Shown: in pieces, positions 48,229 to 62,600 of the stretch
How the letters are laid out: each line of letters opens with the position of its first letter
How positions within the stretch are numbered: position 1 is the first letter of the stretch
Source of the DNA: Patellaria atrata CBS 101060
Lineage: Eukaryota
Direction of reading: 5' to 3'
Assembly (NCBI GenBank): GCA_010093705.1
Contig: MU006090.1
Span: forward strand, 558,001 to 622,000
Length of the DNA: 64,000 bases
Translations under genes and position numbers: made by a program
The notes under the pieces: generated by a model
The model's input: only the letters and a program-made list of their open reading frames with translations
What the model was told of the DNA's origin: nothing
Database searches by the model: none

Positions 48229-50508
48229 CTGTTGATATAAAATCTACTGACGGTCTCTCCTTTCGATGAGTTCTTCTGATTTTAGTTCTTCATGAACTGG
48301 TCGTAGACTTGATTGTCGTTGAACGAACATCTCAGGGGAATAAATCCTTTCGGGGTATTTTCTGGTCAATCTAAGTTCAAATGGCACACTCCCACGGCAG
48401 GTTAGCACCTAGTGCTCCTAAGGATAAATTCTATGCAGCTTTAGGATGGCCCATCGACAGTAATTCCGAAGGGATGTATCAGGCTTTACTTGTAAGCACT
48501 CGAATAGAAATAAGAGGATGTTTGCTTACTTAGATTACTTAGAGAGAAGTAGATAAAGGCCGTCAACGCCTCATAGCAGATCCAAACAACCTGCAAAACA
48601 GCGACCCGAAACTTCGACCTCCATACTCCTGGGCCCACATTTCCGAGTCGGCGAAACATAAGGAGGTCAGGGAGATATTTCGAACAGCTAGCCCGATCGC
48701 GGCCCCATATTTCCAATATGGCGAGTTCATGGATGGACAGAATCAGGACAACTGGGTGATTCGCTGGTTACTCTGGCATACATTTCGCTACAAAGATAGC
48801 AGGAACGTCAGGGTAACACATTCTAGTAAGTCCAATTATTTGTTCTATGAGGAATACTAGGTGCCTAGGAACCTTTAACACTTCTTTGATTTTTAAGTTA
48901 ACTTTCCTGTAGCAGGGACCGAGTACTGGGATCCGGTGAGGAATGGTTGACAGGACATCCAAGTATTGTTCCTTCGTCATAATTTTCCCGCTTGATTTAT
49001 CAGAACTAGAACATTCGTTTATGCTTCTTCCACGAGTTTAGCATGAAGGTAACCACTCTGATCTGTCCTGCGGGCTGACGGCGGAGAGCAGAGAGAAATG
49101 TAACATGATAGGTAGCAAGGTGCGGATCTCCACTCACTTGTAACCAATACAAATATGAAGAGTTAGTCTAGTTCCGTTTCAAGCGCTTTTTCATATGCAT
49201 CAGACAGAAATCAACATAGACGTGATGAGAACTCAGCATGTTCATAATAGAATTCGCCTAAACTCTTATGGATCTTATTCCACGTTCCATCTCTAAGATG
49301 CACTATTATCTGACACGTGTGGGATATCATGACCCATCGTGATGACGGTACGAATGCATGGTCGACGAAGATATATTTTTCATCCATATCTTTGCGGGGG
49401 TATGACACCGTATGTATGTTGAAATTGCCTAATGAAGGATTGTACAATATTAACTCTCATCATTTTCCGGGAAATAACAGAAGGATAAGAGACCGAAAAG
49501 AGTTCTATATTCATTAGTTCCTTCCCTCAATGTCAAAAGTCTGTTTACACTTGAACCTACATCTATGTTTTGACTATTCTCATGGTACGAACAAGTCGAA
49601 CAACAACCGAGGAGGTCGTGCAACCTGTGTGGGCCAGCAACAATTGCTTTATTCCCCAAGTCGCACAGGTTAAGCGATACAGTGAGCTCTGATATGTTCT
49701 CAAATAGACTTGAGATGAAGTTGATGCGGTCGATGGAGAAAGGATTGCAAAGTTGAAGAAAGGGAAGAGAGTCGGCATAGTTTGAAAGAGGTAGGTATAT
49801 CTACTCCTTGTGGAAACCAGATCCACACTACAGCAACGAACATGGAAGAAGAGGTCGGACTTGTTCGCGAATGCCTGCAAGGTGCTTGTCATAGGGAAGC
49901 CACATGAAAAGTTTGAAGATTTCTGTTGTGTAGCATAAATTCGAGCCAGAAGGGGATCATTTCATGATGTTGCTGATCTGTCGTGTTAGTCAATCATGAA
50001 AGCAGGTAACCGTTAGTAGAGTTCATTACATGTGAAATAATAGGTTCGGAATTGAGTTCTAGAATGGTAAAAATCCACAAAATTTCAATTCAAGCTGCAG
50101 AGACTCTGATCCTCCACAATTCTCGGAGGTTGTCAGAATAAGATAATGCTTGATAGTCGTGATAGTCAACGAAAAGAGCAATTGGGATAACGTGCGCCAA
50201 GGGAGTCTACGTAGTGGCAGCCAACGTCCATCATCCCACCTTCACTGCTTTCAGACTCTTCAGTCCCAACACTTCGGATGATCTTCATTCCGTAATCATG
50301 TCCATTGCAACACGACTGTTTTGATTTGTTTGATAAAGCTTGTCTTCGCCTGTGAAGCCGTCTGATCTACATTGATCTGCGCTGATCTACAATTGCTGCG
50401 AAAAGGGACGTAGTGGGAGCGGTCTTGGCCTTCCCTATCATCATACGAGCGGACTCGCCTTGTTCTCTAAATATACATAGATCATCCTCGAGTTGCTTCG
50501 TTGGGATT

Positions 50509-52548
50509 TCATTGGGGCTGCAGGGCCCTCTGTGCTTCAAATACTTTCTTAAACTTTTCCGTCGCTTCTCCGATTGAATCCATTGTAGGTGCTATCGTCT
50601 TATTGACGACGGCCGCACCGCCTTTGATGTTGCTTATATCCAACTTGAACTTCTTTCCCGATCGTTGCTGTTTTTCCGCATGCTGCCTTTTATAAGCTTC
50701 TATCCGCTCATTACGTTCGGCCTCCGCTTGATCAGATACAGCTTTGATCCTATCCAAAGACTTGTTCAAGGTCTCGACTAACTTCGGTATTTCATTCGCT
50801 CTATCGGGATCTCCCGACAAAAAAACCGACCAAAAGTAGTGCAGGAACTCTATGGTCGTGTTGTTCGTCAGGTTCAAATTATCGTAGATTGACGGAGACA
50901 ATCCTAACACGGTAGGTTCGATGGGAGGAAAGGTTCCAGAGAAAGATGAAAAGTCATCACCCTGAGCACGCCGCTGCTTTACCCCTCTCAATAGCTGCAG
51001 GATTGCGGAGTTTCGGCTAGTCGTACTGCCAACACGTCTACGACGTTTACCGCCAGGTTCCTCGTCGTCGCTGTCACTATCCTCGTGAACGCCAATGGCG
51101 GCGTCGAGCTTCAAGCCTCCCTTGCCGTCACTCGTTGCTAGCTCGGGGTCAATGTCCTTGCGCAAAGAATTGAGCACTTTGTGAGGAGATTGCTTGCTAT
51201 ACATTTTAGCCTGGGTTGAAATGGTGTCTTCTTTCTGCCGGGAAAAGAATAAACTTTGATTCTTGATGTCAAGAGGTACACGATTGTCTGTATTCCTCGA
51301 CTGGAGATCCCTGAGTTGAATTTCATTAAAGGCGTTCTCGTCCATTCCGACAGGATCATGTGGATCAGAATCGCTGGACGCGACCGCGGCTATTAGTTTT
51401 TCGCTCATACTATTCAGGACCTTGAGTATAGGTTCGGGTTTCTCATTATTTCCTGGACGCATCGTGATATCGGGCTTGGTATAGCGCTGTGAATAGTCTT
51501 GTTCGTTCCCCTCTAAGTCAATGAAATGAGGTACGTGAGACTCCTGTAGGTTTCCCGGATGATCCGCATTTTCATCGTAATCAAGATACTTATCTAATTT
51601 CGCATCGGTCTCGTATTCATCAAGATTCTTTTCCCCTTTGAGTTTTCTAAACAACCTGCTCTTGAAGAATCGTACCCAAAATTGCACTTCGTCGAGAGGC
51701 GGTACATTTTCGTTATAAACACGTTTAACCAAGGGATGTTGATTGAAGATAAGCTGAATTTGTTCTCTGCTCAGATTGATCTTAGCTTGACCATCGCTAT
51801 CGCTCTTGATCTTGATCTCGGAGAGGACATTGTAAGTCCCCTGATGTTGTGCTCTTTCGACGGCGTGGGCACGAAGGAGGTGGATACGGGTGGACCAAAA
51901 CTGGTTAGAGAACTGTATTATGGATATGGATTCTGGTTTATCCTTTAAAGACTCATTGAATCTTTGTTGAATGCTCGGGTTTGCATCGAGTAATGACCGT
52001 TGAAGAACCACATCTGACAGTAGTTTTGAGTCATCGTACCAAAATTCATCGTTTCTTGGGGTGGTTGATATAGCATGGGCGATAGCCATTGCAGCAGGTT
52101 GGCCCCCCGCGTTTACAGGCGGCGCTGCCGCTCCTGCAACTGCCCGTGAGCTCTCATTCTTCGCTATTTCTACAGCGTTCCTAATAATTGCCGTTATATT
52201 CACTTGGTCTGTACGAGCATCTGTGGAGGTAAAGCTGAAGACATGGGTTTCGGGCTCGGTGGAGGATGGAGCTTGCGCAACGATCTTGATTGACACTCTA
52301 GCGCTGGTTGCTGGAGTTTGCTGCAGGTCTGCAGGATAAAAGGACAGTTAGCTCGCCCACGATATCTTGACCGTGAGGAAGGTATATCTTGCTAGATGTC
52401 ATGACTTACTCGTAATTTGTGAGACCAGGACTGAAACGGCGGAGGTAGAGCCTGAGGAGAAGCTTGGTGTCCATATCACCGAGCGGTTGTCTTTGGATAC
52501 TGATAGGGTTCCATTCTGTTTCTTGTAAGATGTAAGGACGCCTGGCAT
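50509..52548 (-). CDS. TFB1: TFIIH p62 subunit (PH-like plus BSD domains)
   Basis: MPGVLTSYKKQNGTL..VIWTP, intron at about 52330-52409, then LQQTPA, QFWSTRIHLLRAHAVE..QGTYNVLSEIK, LSREQIQLIFNQHPLVKRVYNENVP..FWVRFFKSRLF and EFLHYFWS. Confidence 0.93.
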
Positions 52549-53281
52549 TCTTAAGCAATAGACACTAATGGTATAAGTTGCTAAAAATGCGAGAAGATGT
52601 CAAAATATCGATGGTCTCTCTTCGTTAGCGCGGCCGCTTCAGGTTAGGAACGTCAGTGTCTGAAGATGATTTCTGATTTTTGACGAGCAAGATGTTAAGG
52701 TAAAATGAACTCAATTGAAGCGCGAATCTATATCATTCATTACCATCAAGATTCTAGCAATGGCTCTGCCTGAGGGGATAACCTCCCGTCGACACCCAAC
52801 GCTCGAAGACTGAGATGGAGCCCTCCCCCTCAAAAGCGCAAATACCGTAAATTCTACACGACCTTTCGGTGACAGGACTGTTGTGCGACATATATAGAGA
52901 CAGGTGGTCAATGAAATAAAACCATTAATACTCATAAGGAGACAAGAAAATGCCTCAGAAGTATAGGTATTTTGATTGATGAGGCCTTTTTTGGAGATGG
53001 GAATTTTTATTCATAGTAGTTCTAAAATGAGACGGAGGTGAGCCGAAAGTTGCCGTATTCTCCGCGAGTCCGATTTGCAGAATGCCGAGAAAGTGGTGAC
53101 GGGGGGTGACGGTGTTCGCAGACTAACCGGCGCCTGCTTTGCTTTGAATCATTTCAACTCTAAACTTTGACACCATCGCATCTCCTTTTCCTCAACATCC
53201 TCCATTGAGTGCTGAATGCCTCTCTGATTTCTTCTTTTATCGTCGATTTAATGTTATTTCATTTTTCGTGTTGACCTCATC

Positions 53282-56200
53282 ATGCTGCGCACCTCAGTTC
53301 GACAATGGAGCACTCTTGCGGCAAACAGCTCCTACCGCCGAGCAAGCTCTTCCAGCTTCTCCACCTTTTCGAAAGGCTGGTCTTCAACCTCAGTTTCATC
53401 AAAACGTAGGGCTTTAGCTCTTGCTACTCGAACTCATGAAAAGAGAAGTTATGCCATCGCCGCAGAAGAAACGGACAAGGGAGTGGTAAGCACATCTCGC
53501 CGCAATACGACCACATCAACTATATCTAATTGTTTTTTGGTAGGACCCAAATGATTCCTTTCTTCAGGGTAATACAGCGAACTACGTTGATGCTATGTAC
53601 ATGCAATGGAAGCACGATCCTTCCAGTGTCCACATATCGTGGCAAGTCTATTTCCGTAACATGGAGGAAGGCGATATGCCTATATCACAAGCATTTCAGG
53701 CACCCCCTACAATCATTCCTCCTCCCGAAGGTGGTGTATCACATTTTACACCGGGTGTTGCCATGTCTACTGGAAGCGGCTCCGACACCATGAACCATTT
53801 AAAGGTCCAGCTATTGGTACGCGCATACCAAGCACGAGGACATCACAAAGCAAAAATTGATCCACTTGGAATTCGCACGGAAGCTGAACAATTTGGATAT
53901 TCAAGGCCGAGAGAGCTGGAACTATCACACTATAACTTCAGTGAAAAGGATCTAGAAGAAGAATTCAGTCTTGGGCCCGGTATTCTTCCCAGGTTTAAAA
54001 CAGAGACTCGCGAGAAAATGAAGCTGAAAGATATTATCGCGGCTTGCGAAAAGATATACTGCGGTTCCTACGGTGTTGAATATATCCATATCCCAGATCG
54101 GGAACAGTGCGACTGGCTTCGTGAACGCCTTGAGGTAGAACAGCCCTATAAATACTCCGTGGACGAAAAACGTCGAATTTTGGATCGCCTTATTTGGGGA
54201 TCGAGCTTCGAGGCTTTCTTGGCCAACAAGTATCCAAACGACAAGCGCTTCGGGTTAGAAGGCGGAGAATCACTTATTCCTGGCATGAAGGCCCTCATAG
54301 ACCGAAGCGTAGACTACGGCGTAAAAGACATCATCATCGGAATGCCTCATCGTGGTCGTCTAAATGTTTTGAGTAACGTTGTGCGCAAACCCAACGAGTC
54401 TATTTTTAGCGAATTTGCTGGAAGTGCTGATCCGTCTGATGAGGGTTCCGGTGATGTGAAATATCATCTGGGAATGAACTTCGAAAGGCCTACACCATCA
54501 GGAAAGCGAGTGCAACTATCACTAGTGGCTAATCCCTCCCATCTTGAAGCAGAAGATCCAGTTGTGCTTGGAAAGACTAGGGCCATCCTACATTACAATA
54601 ACGATGAGCAAGAAGCAAATACAGCTATGGGTGTACTCCTACACGGTGATGCCGCTTTCGCAGGTCAGGGCGTCGTGTATGAGACTATGGGCTTCCATCA
54701 ATTGCCCAAGTATCATACTGGCGGAACCATCCACATTATTGTGAATAACCAGATCGGGTTTACTACTGACCCACGTTTTGCCCGCTCAACCCCATACTGT
54801 TCTGATATTGCTAAAGCAATTGATGCACCCGTTTTTCACGTCAATGGTGATGACGTAGAGGCGCTAAACTTCGTGTGCCAACTAGCTGCCGACTGGCGTG
54901 CAAAGTTCAAGAAAGACGTGGTCATTGACATGGTATGTTACAGAAAGCAAGGCCACAACGAAACCGATCAACCATTCTTCACGCAACCGCTTATGTACAA
55001 GCGCATCGTTGAGCAAGAGCCCGCTCTTGACAAATATGTTAAGCAGCTAATTGCCGAAAAGTCTTTCACCAAAGATGATATTGAGGAGCACAAGAAGTGG
55101 GTGTGGGGGATGCTGGACGAAAGCTTCCAGCGAAGCAAAGACTACCAACCTAGTGCTAAAGAATGGTTGACTTCCGCTTGGAATGGCTTCAAGTCTCCAA
55201 AGGAGTTAGCTACCGAAGTCCTTCCTCATCTCCCCACCGCCGTAGATAAAGAAATCCTAACGAACGTTGCGGAAACGATCGGAGGGGCGCCGGAGGATTT
55301 CCATGTCCACAAGAACTTGAAGCGTATATTGTCTGGCAGAACAAAGACTGTCGTTGAGGGTAAGAATATCGATATGGCTACCGCTGAAGCATTGGCTTTT
55401 GGTACACTTTGTATGGAAGGTCATCATGTTCGTGTTTCCGGACAGGATGTTGAACGTGGTACTTTTTCTCAACGACATGCTGTCCTCCATGACCAGGAAA
55501 CTGAAGCTACCTATACCCCATTGCAACACGTGAGCAAGGATCAAGGTACCTTCGTCATTTCAAACTCTTCATTAAGCGAGTTTGGCGTGCTTGGTTTCGA
55601 ATATGGTTATTCTCTGTCCTCCCCTAACGCTCTCGTTATCTGGGAAGCTCAGTTCGGTGATTTCGCGAACAATGCTCAATGCATCATCGACCAGTTCATC
55701 GCCTCTGGCGAAGTCAAATGGCTACAGCGCAGCGGTCTCGTCATGAGCTTGCCCCACGGTTACGATGGTCAAGGACCTGAGCACTCGTCAGGTAGAATGG
55801 AACGATATCTCCAACTTTGCAACGAAGACCCGCGGGTATTTCCCAGCCCCGAAAGGCTCGATCGCCAACATCAAGACTGCAACATGCAAATCGCATTCCT
55901 TACCAAACCATCCAACATGTTCCACATCCTACGCCGACAAATGAACAGACAGTTCCGTAAACGTAAGTGACACTAACTCAAAACCTAATCATATTACATG
56001 AATACTGACACTTTTAATAGCCCTCGTCCTCTTCTTCAGCAAATCGCTCCTCCGTCACCCCATCGCTCGCTCCGATATCGAAGAGTTCACGGGGGAATCC
56101 CACTTCCAATGGATCATTCCAGACCCGGAGCACGACACCAAATCCATCGCGCCGCGCGAGGAAATCTCTCGTGTCATCCTCTGCTCCGGCCAAGTGTACG

Positions 56201-56562
56201 CCGCGCTCCACAAATACCGCCAGGAGAACAAGATCTCCGACGTCGCCATTACGCGCATCGAGCAGCTTCACCCCTTCCCCTGGGCGCAGCTCAAGGAGAA
56301 CCTCGACAGCTACCCCAACGCGCAGAATATCGTGTGGTGCCAGGAGGAGCCGTTGAACGCGGGCGCCTGGAGCTTCACCCAGCCGAGGATCGAGACCCTG
56401 TTGAATGAGACTGAACATCATAATAGACGCCATGTCATGTATGCGGGTAGGAATCCGAGCGCGAGTGTGGCGACGGGGTTGAAGGCTGTGCATCAGAGGG
56501 AGGAGAAGGAGTTGCTTGAGAAGGCTTTTTCGGTTAAGCAGGATAAGTTGAAGGGAGAGTAG
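53282..56562 (+). CDS. KGD1: 2-oxoglutarate dehydrogenase E1 component, mitochondrial
   Basis: Presequence; [83 protein letters not shown] and WCQEEPLN. Introns at about 53486-53543 and 55963-56020. Confidence 0.98.
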
Positions 56563-59500
56563 GGGGTTGTTAGGAAGTAGCTTCATGCGAATTTAAACTT
56601 TGAGTATGGTTATGCTGCTGCTACTGCTGTTTAGGATTCTCGTGTTTGTTTTTATTCTCTCCCTTTATTCAGTCGTGTTGGGTTCGGTAGCGGGTTCATA
56701 TATCTCCCGTGCAGGGTCAACGAGGCTGATGTGCGATACGGCCGGATTCGGAAAATGAGGGGGCGATTGTATAGTAGAGCTTTCTTTGTATTTATGTTCA
56801 GTATTCATTTTTATGGCAGAGTGTTTACTGAGAGTCTGATTGGTGTGTGAATCCTGGTTTACCTTATACCTTCCTTTGGCATTGAAGGAGGAAGTGCTAG
56901 GAGATGACTGGACTGGACTGGAGCGTACTGGAGCGTACTAACATGTTTATGAGATGAACAGTGGACTATAAAACGGGAGATTGTGGAAAGGGTACTGGGC
57001 TATCCGATACAAAAGGAGCAGTGGTGTGTGAAATACAAAAGAACTGGAACGAAAGGAACCCACTAGCGAGTACCAACACTCGAGGGGCTCGGACTACCAA
57101 GTGCGTATTGAGCTCAGCAACGGTAAGGTATAGTACAGTAACATCGGCTTTGATTGCATGGTATCGTATAAAAATACAGGGAAGAATATGTTCCTGTAGA
57201 TTCTGGTGAGTTGACAAAGGTACATAGCCGACCTGGATAAAGCGTAATGAAGTTGCGATATTGAACTGCGATATCCGCGTAAGCAACCTAAATAACGGCG
57301 GTATGGTACAGGTTGAGGTGCTTCGTACAGTCCAGTCGTTATATTGGACTGTGGGGAGTCTGAGAGGACTTTTGGTAGGTTTGTACAGAGCGTGCGAGTG
57401 GAATGATAGGGATATGAACATGCTTGTACAGTACTTTACTATACAAACATTGGAAAGAGCTACTTCGAGTATACATTTACTGAGAGAACCTAATATCTTA
57501 CCTTCCGAGTCCCTAGTACCCTAGGTAGTGACTGATGTAGGAAGGGCGGAAACTTGCAGAGAGATACAGAATCTAGTATACATCACACTGCATATATCCT
57601 CGTGAATATGAGAGGACGCATCACCAGAGTCGCTGCCGTATAACGTATCTTACTCAGTCCGTACACCACCAACGACCTACTTGTAGCCCGGCAAGCCTGG
57701 AACCTGTCCCGACGCATGCCGGGTAGGTGAAAAGTCGGTAGTTCATCATAAGGGTGTCGGTTCTATAGGATCCGAGAAGGTGGTTTCCTTCTGTTTGCTC
57801 GCTCGGATATGGGAACACGGCAGAGTTAGGACTAAACGCGGAGCCCGCGGACGTCGTTACTGTCATAATATGCTCTTCTTTCTCCACAGTGTATGTGAGA
57901 TGAGGCCACGCGGCCGTATGCGTACTGTTCCTCTAAGAGTATGGGATTGCTTGGGTGGTTGGCCCTATCTTGGGGTTTACCCTGATGGTGCTGAGGGAAG
58001 ATCGCGGATGGGACCAAAAATTAGGGGTATGATGGGAGATAAGATAAGAGCGGGTAGATGGGTGGCTTACTTTCCGGGAACAAGGCCCGCTCACCAGGCT
58101 TGCTTGCGTGATGGGGGAAAACGGTTTTGGCTAGACGGATTCGTTATAACTTAACCGAGATGAGTGATCCTTCACTAACTTTATCTAGTTCTCATCACGA
58201 GCGACGCTAGGTAGGAGGTTCTATAATTCTGTTGATATTATAGGGCGGCTCGTAAGAAGGTTGTGATTTATTATATGTACTATGCATTACAAGTATTTTG
58301 TCCAACCTAAATTGATATCTTAGGTTGATTGATAAACCGCGAGCAAGGGTGTTAACAATATTCCGAAACGGTAATTCGTGATACATTGGTGCAAAACGTT
58401 GTTACCGTGGCTTCGGAATTCTACCACGCATGGCAGATTTGCAACTTCGCCGCTTCCACCATAAGAACTGGTACTCCCTTGTTCTACCTCCGATTCGCAA
58501 AACGGTCAACGACGTGCTACCTCCATCACCGATGGTATACGACATCAAACGCTCGCGCCGTTTACTCAACCTCCTATCGGAAGGTTGCTTTACCGCGCAT
58601 GCCCGTTTGATGTCACCTCTGGTAACGCAAAGACGACGTCGGTACAACTTCAGTAGGGCTAAAGAGTCATAACGTCGACGGAGCGCGCGGGTTTTTATGA
58701 TAATGTAGAAGGCTACATAAGGAATTTGGCGGGATGATGATGTTGGATTTTGTCGGCTACTCGACGCTCCGACGCGCAAGAGTCGGGTGGTGCAATTTAG
58801 GTTTGGGCGCCTTGAACGAGGCAGATTGAAACGAAATGTAAGGCAAGACTTGACGACTCTTAGCGTTTTTGAAGGTGGGATTTACATACGCCGCAATCAT
58901 AAGTGTCTTGTTACGTGAGAAGACATTGTGATTGTTTCTGTAGTGAGACTGTGTTTGGAAAAGAGAAGCAAATCTCTGACACAATGCATTCATTAGGTAT
59001 TGACCATGACTGTCCAAGATCACCACAGTACTTCAACGGTGCCAGCTCGTGAGTTGAAGGAAGGCGAATTAAAGGTGGGATATAGATACCTTTGGGATTA
59101 TGGTAGGGAGCCGGAAGGAGCAGGAACGTTGCAGGGTCTTAGGATCGCTCGCGGTCGTGCACTTTCACGTGCAGTTATGCAAAGATTTATGATTGATAAC
59201 GACGCATATTGTGCAGAAATAGCTCTTAGTCAGAGTCAAACAAGATTTCCCATTGGACACGGCGAACGGTTATGGCCCATCCGAGCAGTTGATGTATCTT
59301 GGCAACTGACTACCGCGGAAGACATAACAAGTCAGGACAATTTCTTGGGACTATCTCTCTTCCGGCATCTCTCCAGCCGAACAGGGTAGGAGCTACCCGT
59401 GCTTGCTACTCTTTAACACTTTTTGCCCACTGTCGTTACCTACATGACCTTCCTATGATCCCCATTTAATTCTCCTCCTAGTTGTCTAACCTCAACTTCA

Positions 59501-59642
59501 GACAACGCGTCTTCTTTTCACTCTACTTTCTTTTCTTCAGCAATTGTTCTTCTTCGTGAGAAACTCACACGTGTTTTGCCTTACAGTCAACTCTACTGTC
59601 TTCCACTCTTTCAACTTCTTCTCATCACAATAATCTCTCTAA

Positions 59643-62600
59643 ATGTCTCTCGTGGGCAATTTTGCCTTTGGGAGCAACGATAGGACTGCTCAGACCTCAG
59701 GTTCCCCCGAAACAGGAACATACCAAACCGGCCGAAGGAACAGCAGAGTTGCCCAAGAAAACGAAGAAGCTGCTGAAGCTAATCGCCCCACCAGTAACCG
59801 CAGCAACGCGCGCCGGAGAAGTAGTGTCACTCAACCAGATATCAACACATCCCCCAGGACGATGAGAAGAGACGGACACCCCGCGATTGGGGACGAGAAA
59901 CATGTTATGAATGATCCTAGAGGCGACGGTATCCATGGTGACACCTACTATCCAGATGGAATCCCACCCAACGGGCACGAATCTTCGAAAGAACTCGCGA
60001 TTGAACCTTCAGATAGCTCCTCCGCCGATGACGAGAAAGAGCAGACACGCCGCGATTTAGAGGTCACAGATTTGGCCAGACGTTTGACTAGACAATCAAC
60101 CGCTCATTCTGACGTCGGGGAGAACGACCCCTTCTCACCAGTGCCTGGTTCTACTTTGGATCCCAATTCTCCCAACTTCAAACCCCGCTCTTGGATAAAG
60201 GCTTTAATGCATGTTAAATCTCGAGACCCTGAAAAATACCCCGAACGCACGGCTGGTGTAGCATTCAAGAATCTCAGCGCCCATGGTTATGGTACCGCTA
60301 CGGACTATCAGAGAACTGTAGGCAACATCTTTCTTCAGGCAGTAGGTCTCGCTAGGAAAGTTTTGGGCGTGGGTCAACGCAGGATTGACATCTTACGGAA
60401 CCTTGACGGCTTGGTGGAATCGGGAGAAATGCTTGTGGTACTTGGTCCTCCTGGCTCTGGATGTTCGACGTTCCTTAAGTCTATTGCCGGTGACACACAT
60501 GGCTTTGTTGTAGACAACGATTCTTATGTCAATTACCAAGGTACGTGATGATACCTAAACATCCAACCGCTCTGTAATCGTACTAATTCGCGTTATTTAT
60601 AGGCATAAGTGCGAAACAGATGCATAAAGATTTCCGTGGAGAGGCTATCTACACCGCAGAAGTTGACGTCCATTTCCCCATGCTGAGTGTTGGAGACACG
60701 CTCTACTTTGCTGCCCGCGCCCGAGCACCTCGTACTATGCCTGGTGGTATCAGTAAGAGAGAGTTTGGCGAGACGATGCGAGATGTCATCATGGCTGTAT
60801 TCGGTATTTCTCACACGAAGAACACCAGAGTTGGTAACGACTTTATCCGCGGTGTTAGTGGTGGAGAAAGGAAACGTGTGTCAATCGCTGAGGCCGCATT
60901 GAGCCAAGCTCCTCTCCAATGCTGGGACAATAGTACTCGTGGTCTTGACTCCGCCAATGCCATCGAATTCATTAAGACATTGCGTATGGAGACAGAATTG
61001 ATGGGTGCAACTGCATGCGTCTCCATTTACCAATCACCACAGAGCGCTTATGATGTAAGTTTATGGTACCCTCAGACGTTCCACACGATATGCTAACATG
61101 TCCTCTTGCAGCTATTCGATAAGGTGATCGTACTCTATGAGGGTCGACAGATTTACTTCGGTCGCTGCGATGAAGCGAGGCAATATTTCGTGGACCTGGG
61201 ATTCTGGTGCCCCGATCGCCAAACTACGCCTGATTTCTTAACATCCATGACCAGTGCGGCTGAACGTATCGTTAGAGATGGTTTCGAGAACAGAGTCCCG
61301 CGAACTCCGGATGACTTTGCTAAGGCTTGGCAAGCGAGTCCCCAGCGAGCAAAGCTGCTTAGAGACATTGATGAGTACCACAAGAAGTACACCATTGGAG
61401 GCGAATATCTCGAACGTTTCAAACACTCTCGTCGCCAGCAACAAGCGAAGCGACAACACGTCAAATCCCCGTACACTCTGTCTTACAGTCAGCAAGTCAA
61501 ACTCTGCCTTTGGCGTGGCTTTCAGCGATTGAAGGGTGACCCTTCTCTGACCTTTACTCAACTCTTCGGAAACTTCCTCATCGCTCTTGTTATCGGCAGT
61601 GTCTTTTACAATCTCTCTGATGACACGAACAGCTTCTACGCTCGTGGAGCTCTTCTATTCTTCGCTATCCTAATGAATGCTTTTGGCAGTGCTTTGGAGA
61701 TTCTCACGCTGTACGCACAACGTAGCATTGTAGAGAAGCACTCCAGATACGCTCTTTACCATCCGTCAACAGAAGCTCTGGCCTCGATGCTCACAGATAT
61801 GCCTTACAAAATATTGAACGCAATTATCTTCAACACCACCATATACTTCATGACGAATCTTCGACGTGAACCTGGACCTTTTTTCTTCTTCTTGCTCATA
61901 TCGTTCTTCCTCACTTTGGCCATGTCCATGTTGTTCCGGACGATTGCGTCGGTTTCAAGAAGTTTAGCACAAGCTTTAGCCCCGGCAGCCATTCTCATCC
62001 TTGCTATCGTCATTTACACCGGATTCGTCATTCCTACTCGGTATATGCTTGGCTGGGCCCGCTGGATCAATTATCTAGACGTGGTTGCTTACGGTTTCGA
62101 AGCTCTAATGATTAATGAGTTTCATGATCGCCAGTTTCCGTGCTCGGTCTTCATGCCACCCTTTCCTGACGCTTCAGGCCTTCAGAGGGTCTGTTCTACA
62201 GTCGGTGCGCAGCCAGGTTCTGATACCGTTGATGGCGATGCATATATGAATTCCACCTTCGCGTATTATCATTCTCATAAATGGAGGGATTTCGGCATCA
62301 TCATAGCATTTATAATCTTCCTGATGTTTACCTATCTAGCCGCCACCGAGTGGATATCAGCTAAGAAATCTAAGGGTGAAGTTCTTGTCTTTCGCCGTGG
62401 TAAAGGCCCGGCACATCTCACCAAAGCTTCATCCCAGGACGTCGAAGCTATCTCAGAGAAGCCTGTTGGAGCCGAACACAACTTGAAGTCAGATCCTTCA
62501 GCCGTTATCCAAAGGCAGACCGCTATTTTTCACTGGCAAGACGTTTGCTACGATATTAACATCAAGAAGGAAACTCGCAGAATTCTGGATCATGTTGATG

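Noticed and set aside
38772..52548. Two general transcription factor genes (TFA2, TFB1) close together
   Set aside because: They are separated by unrelated genes and nothing indicates functional clustering.
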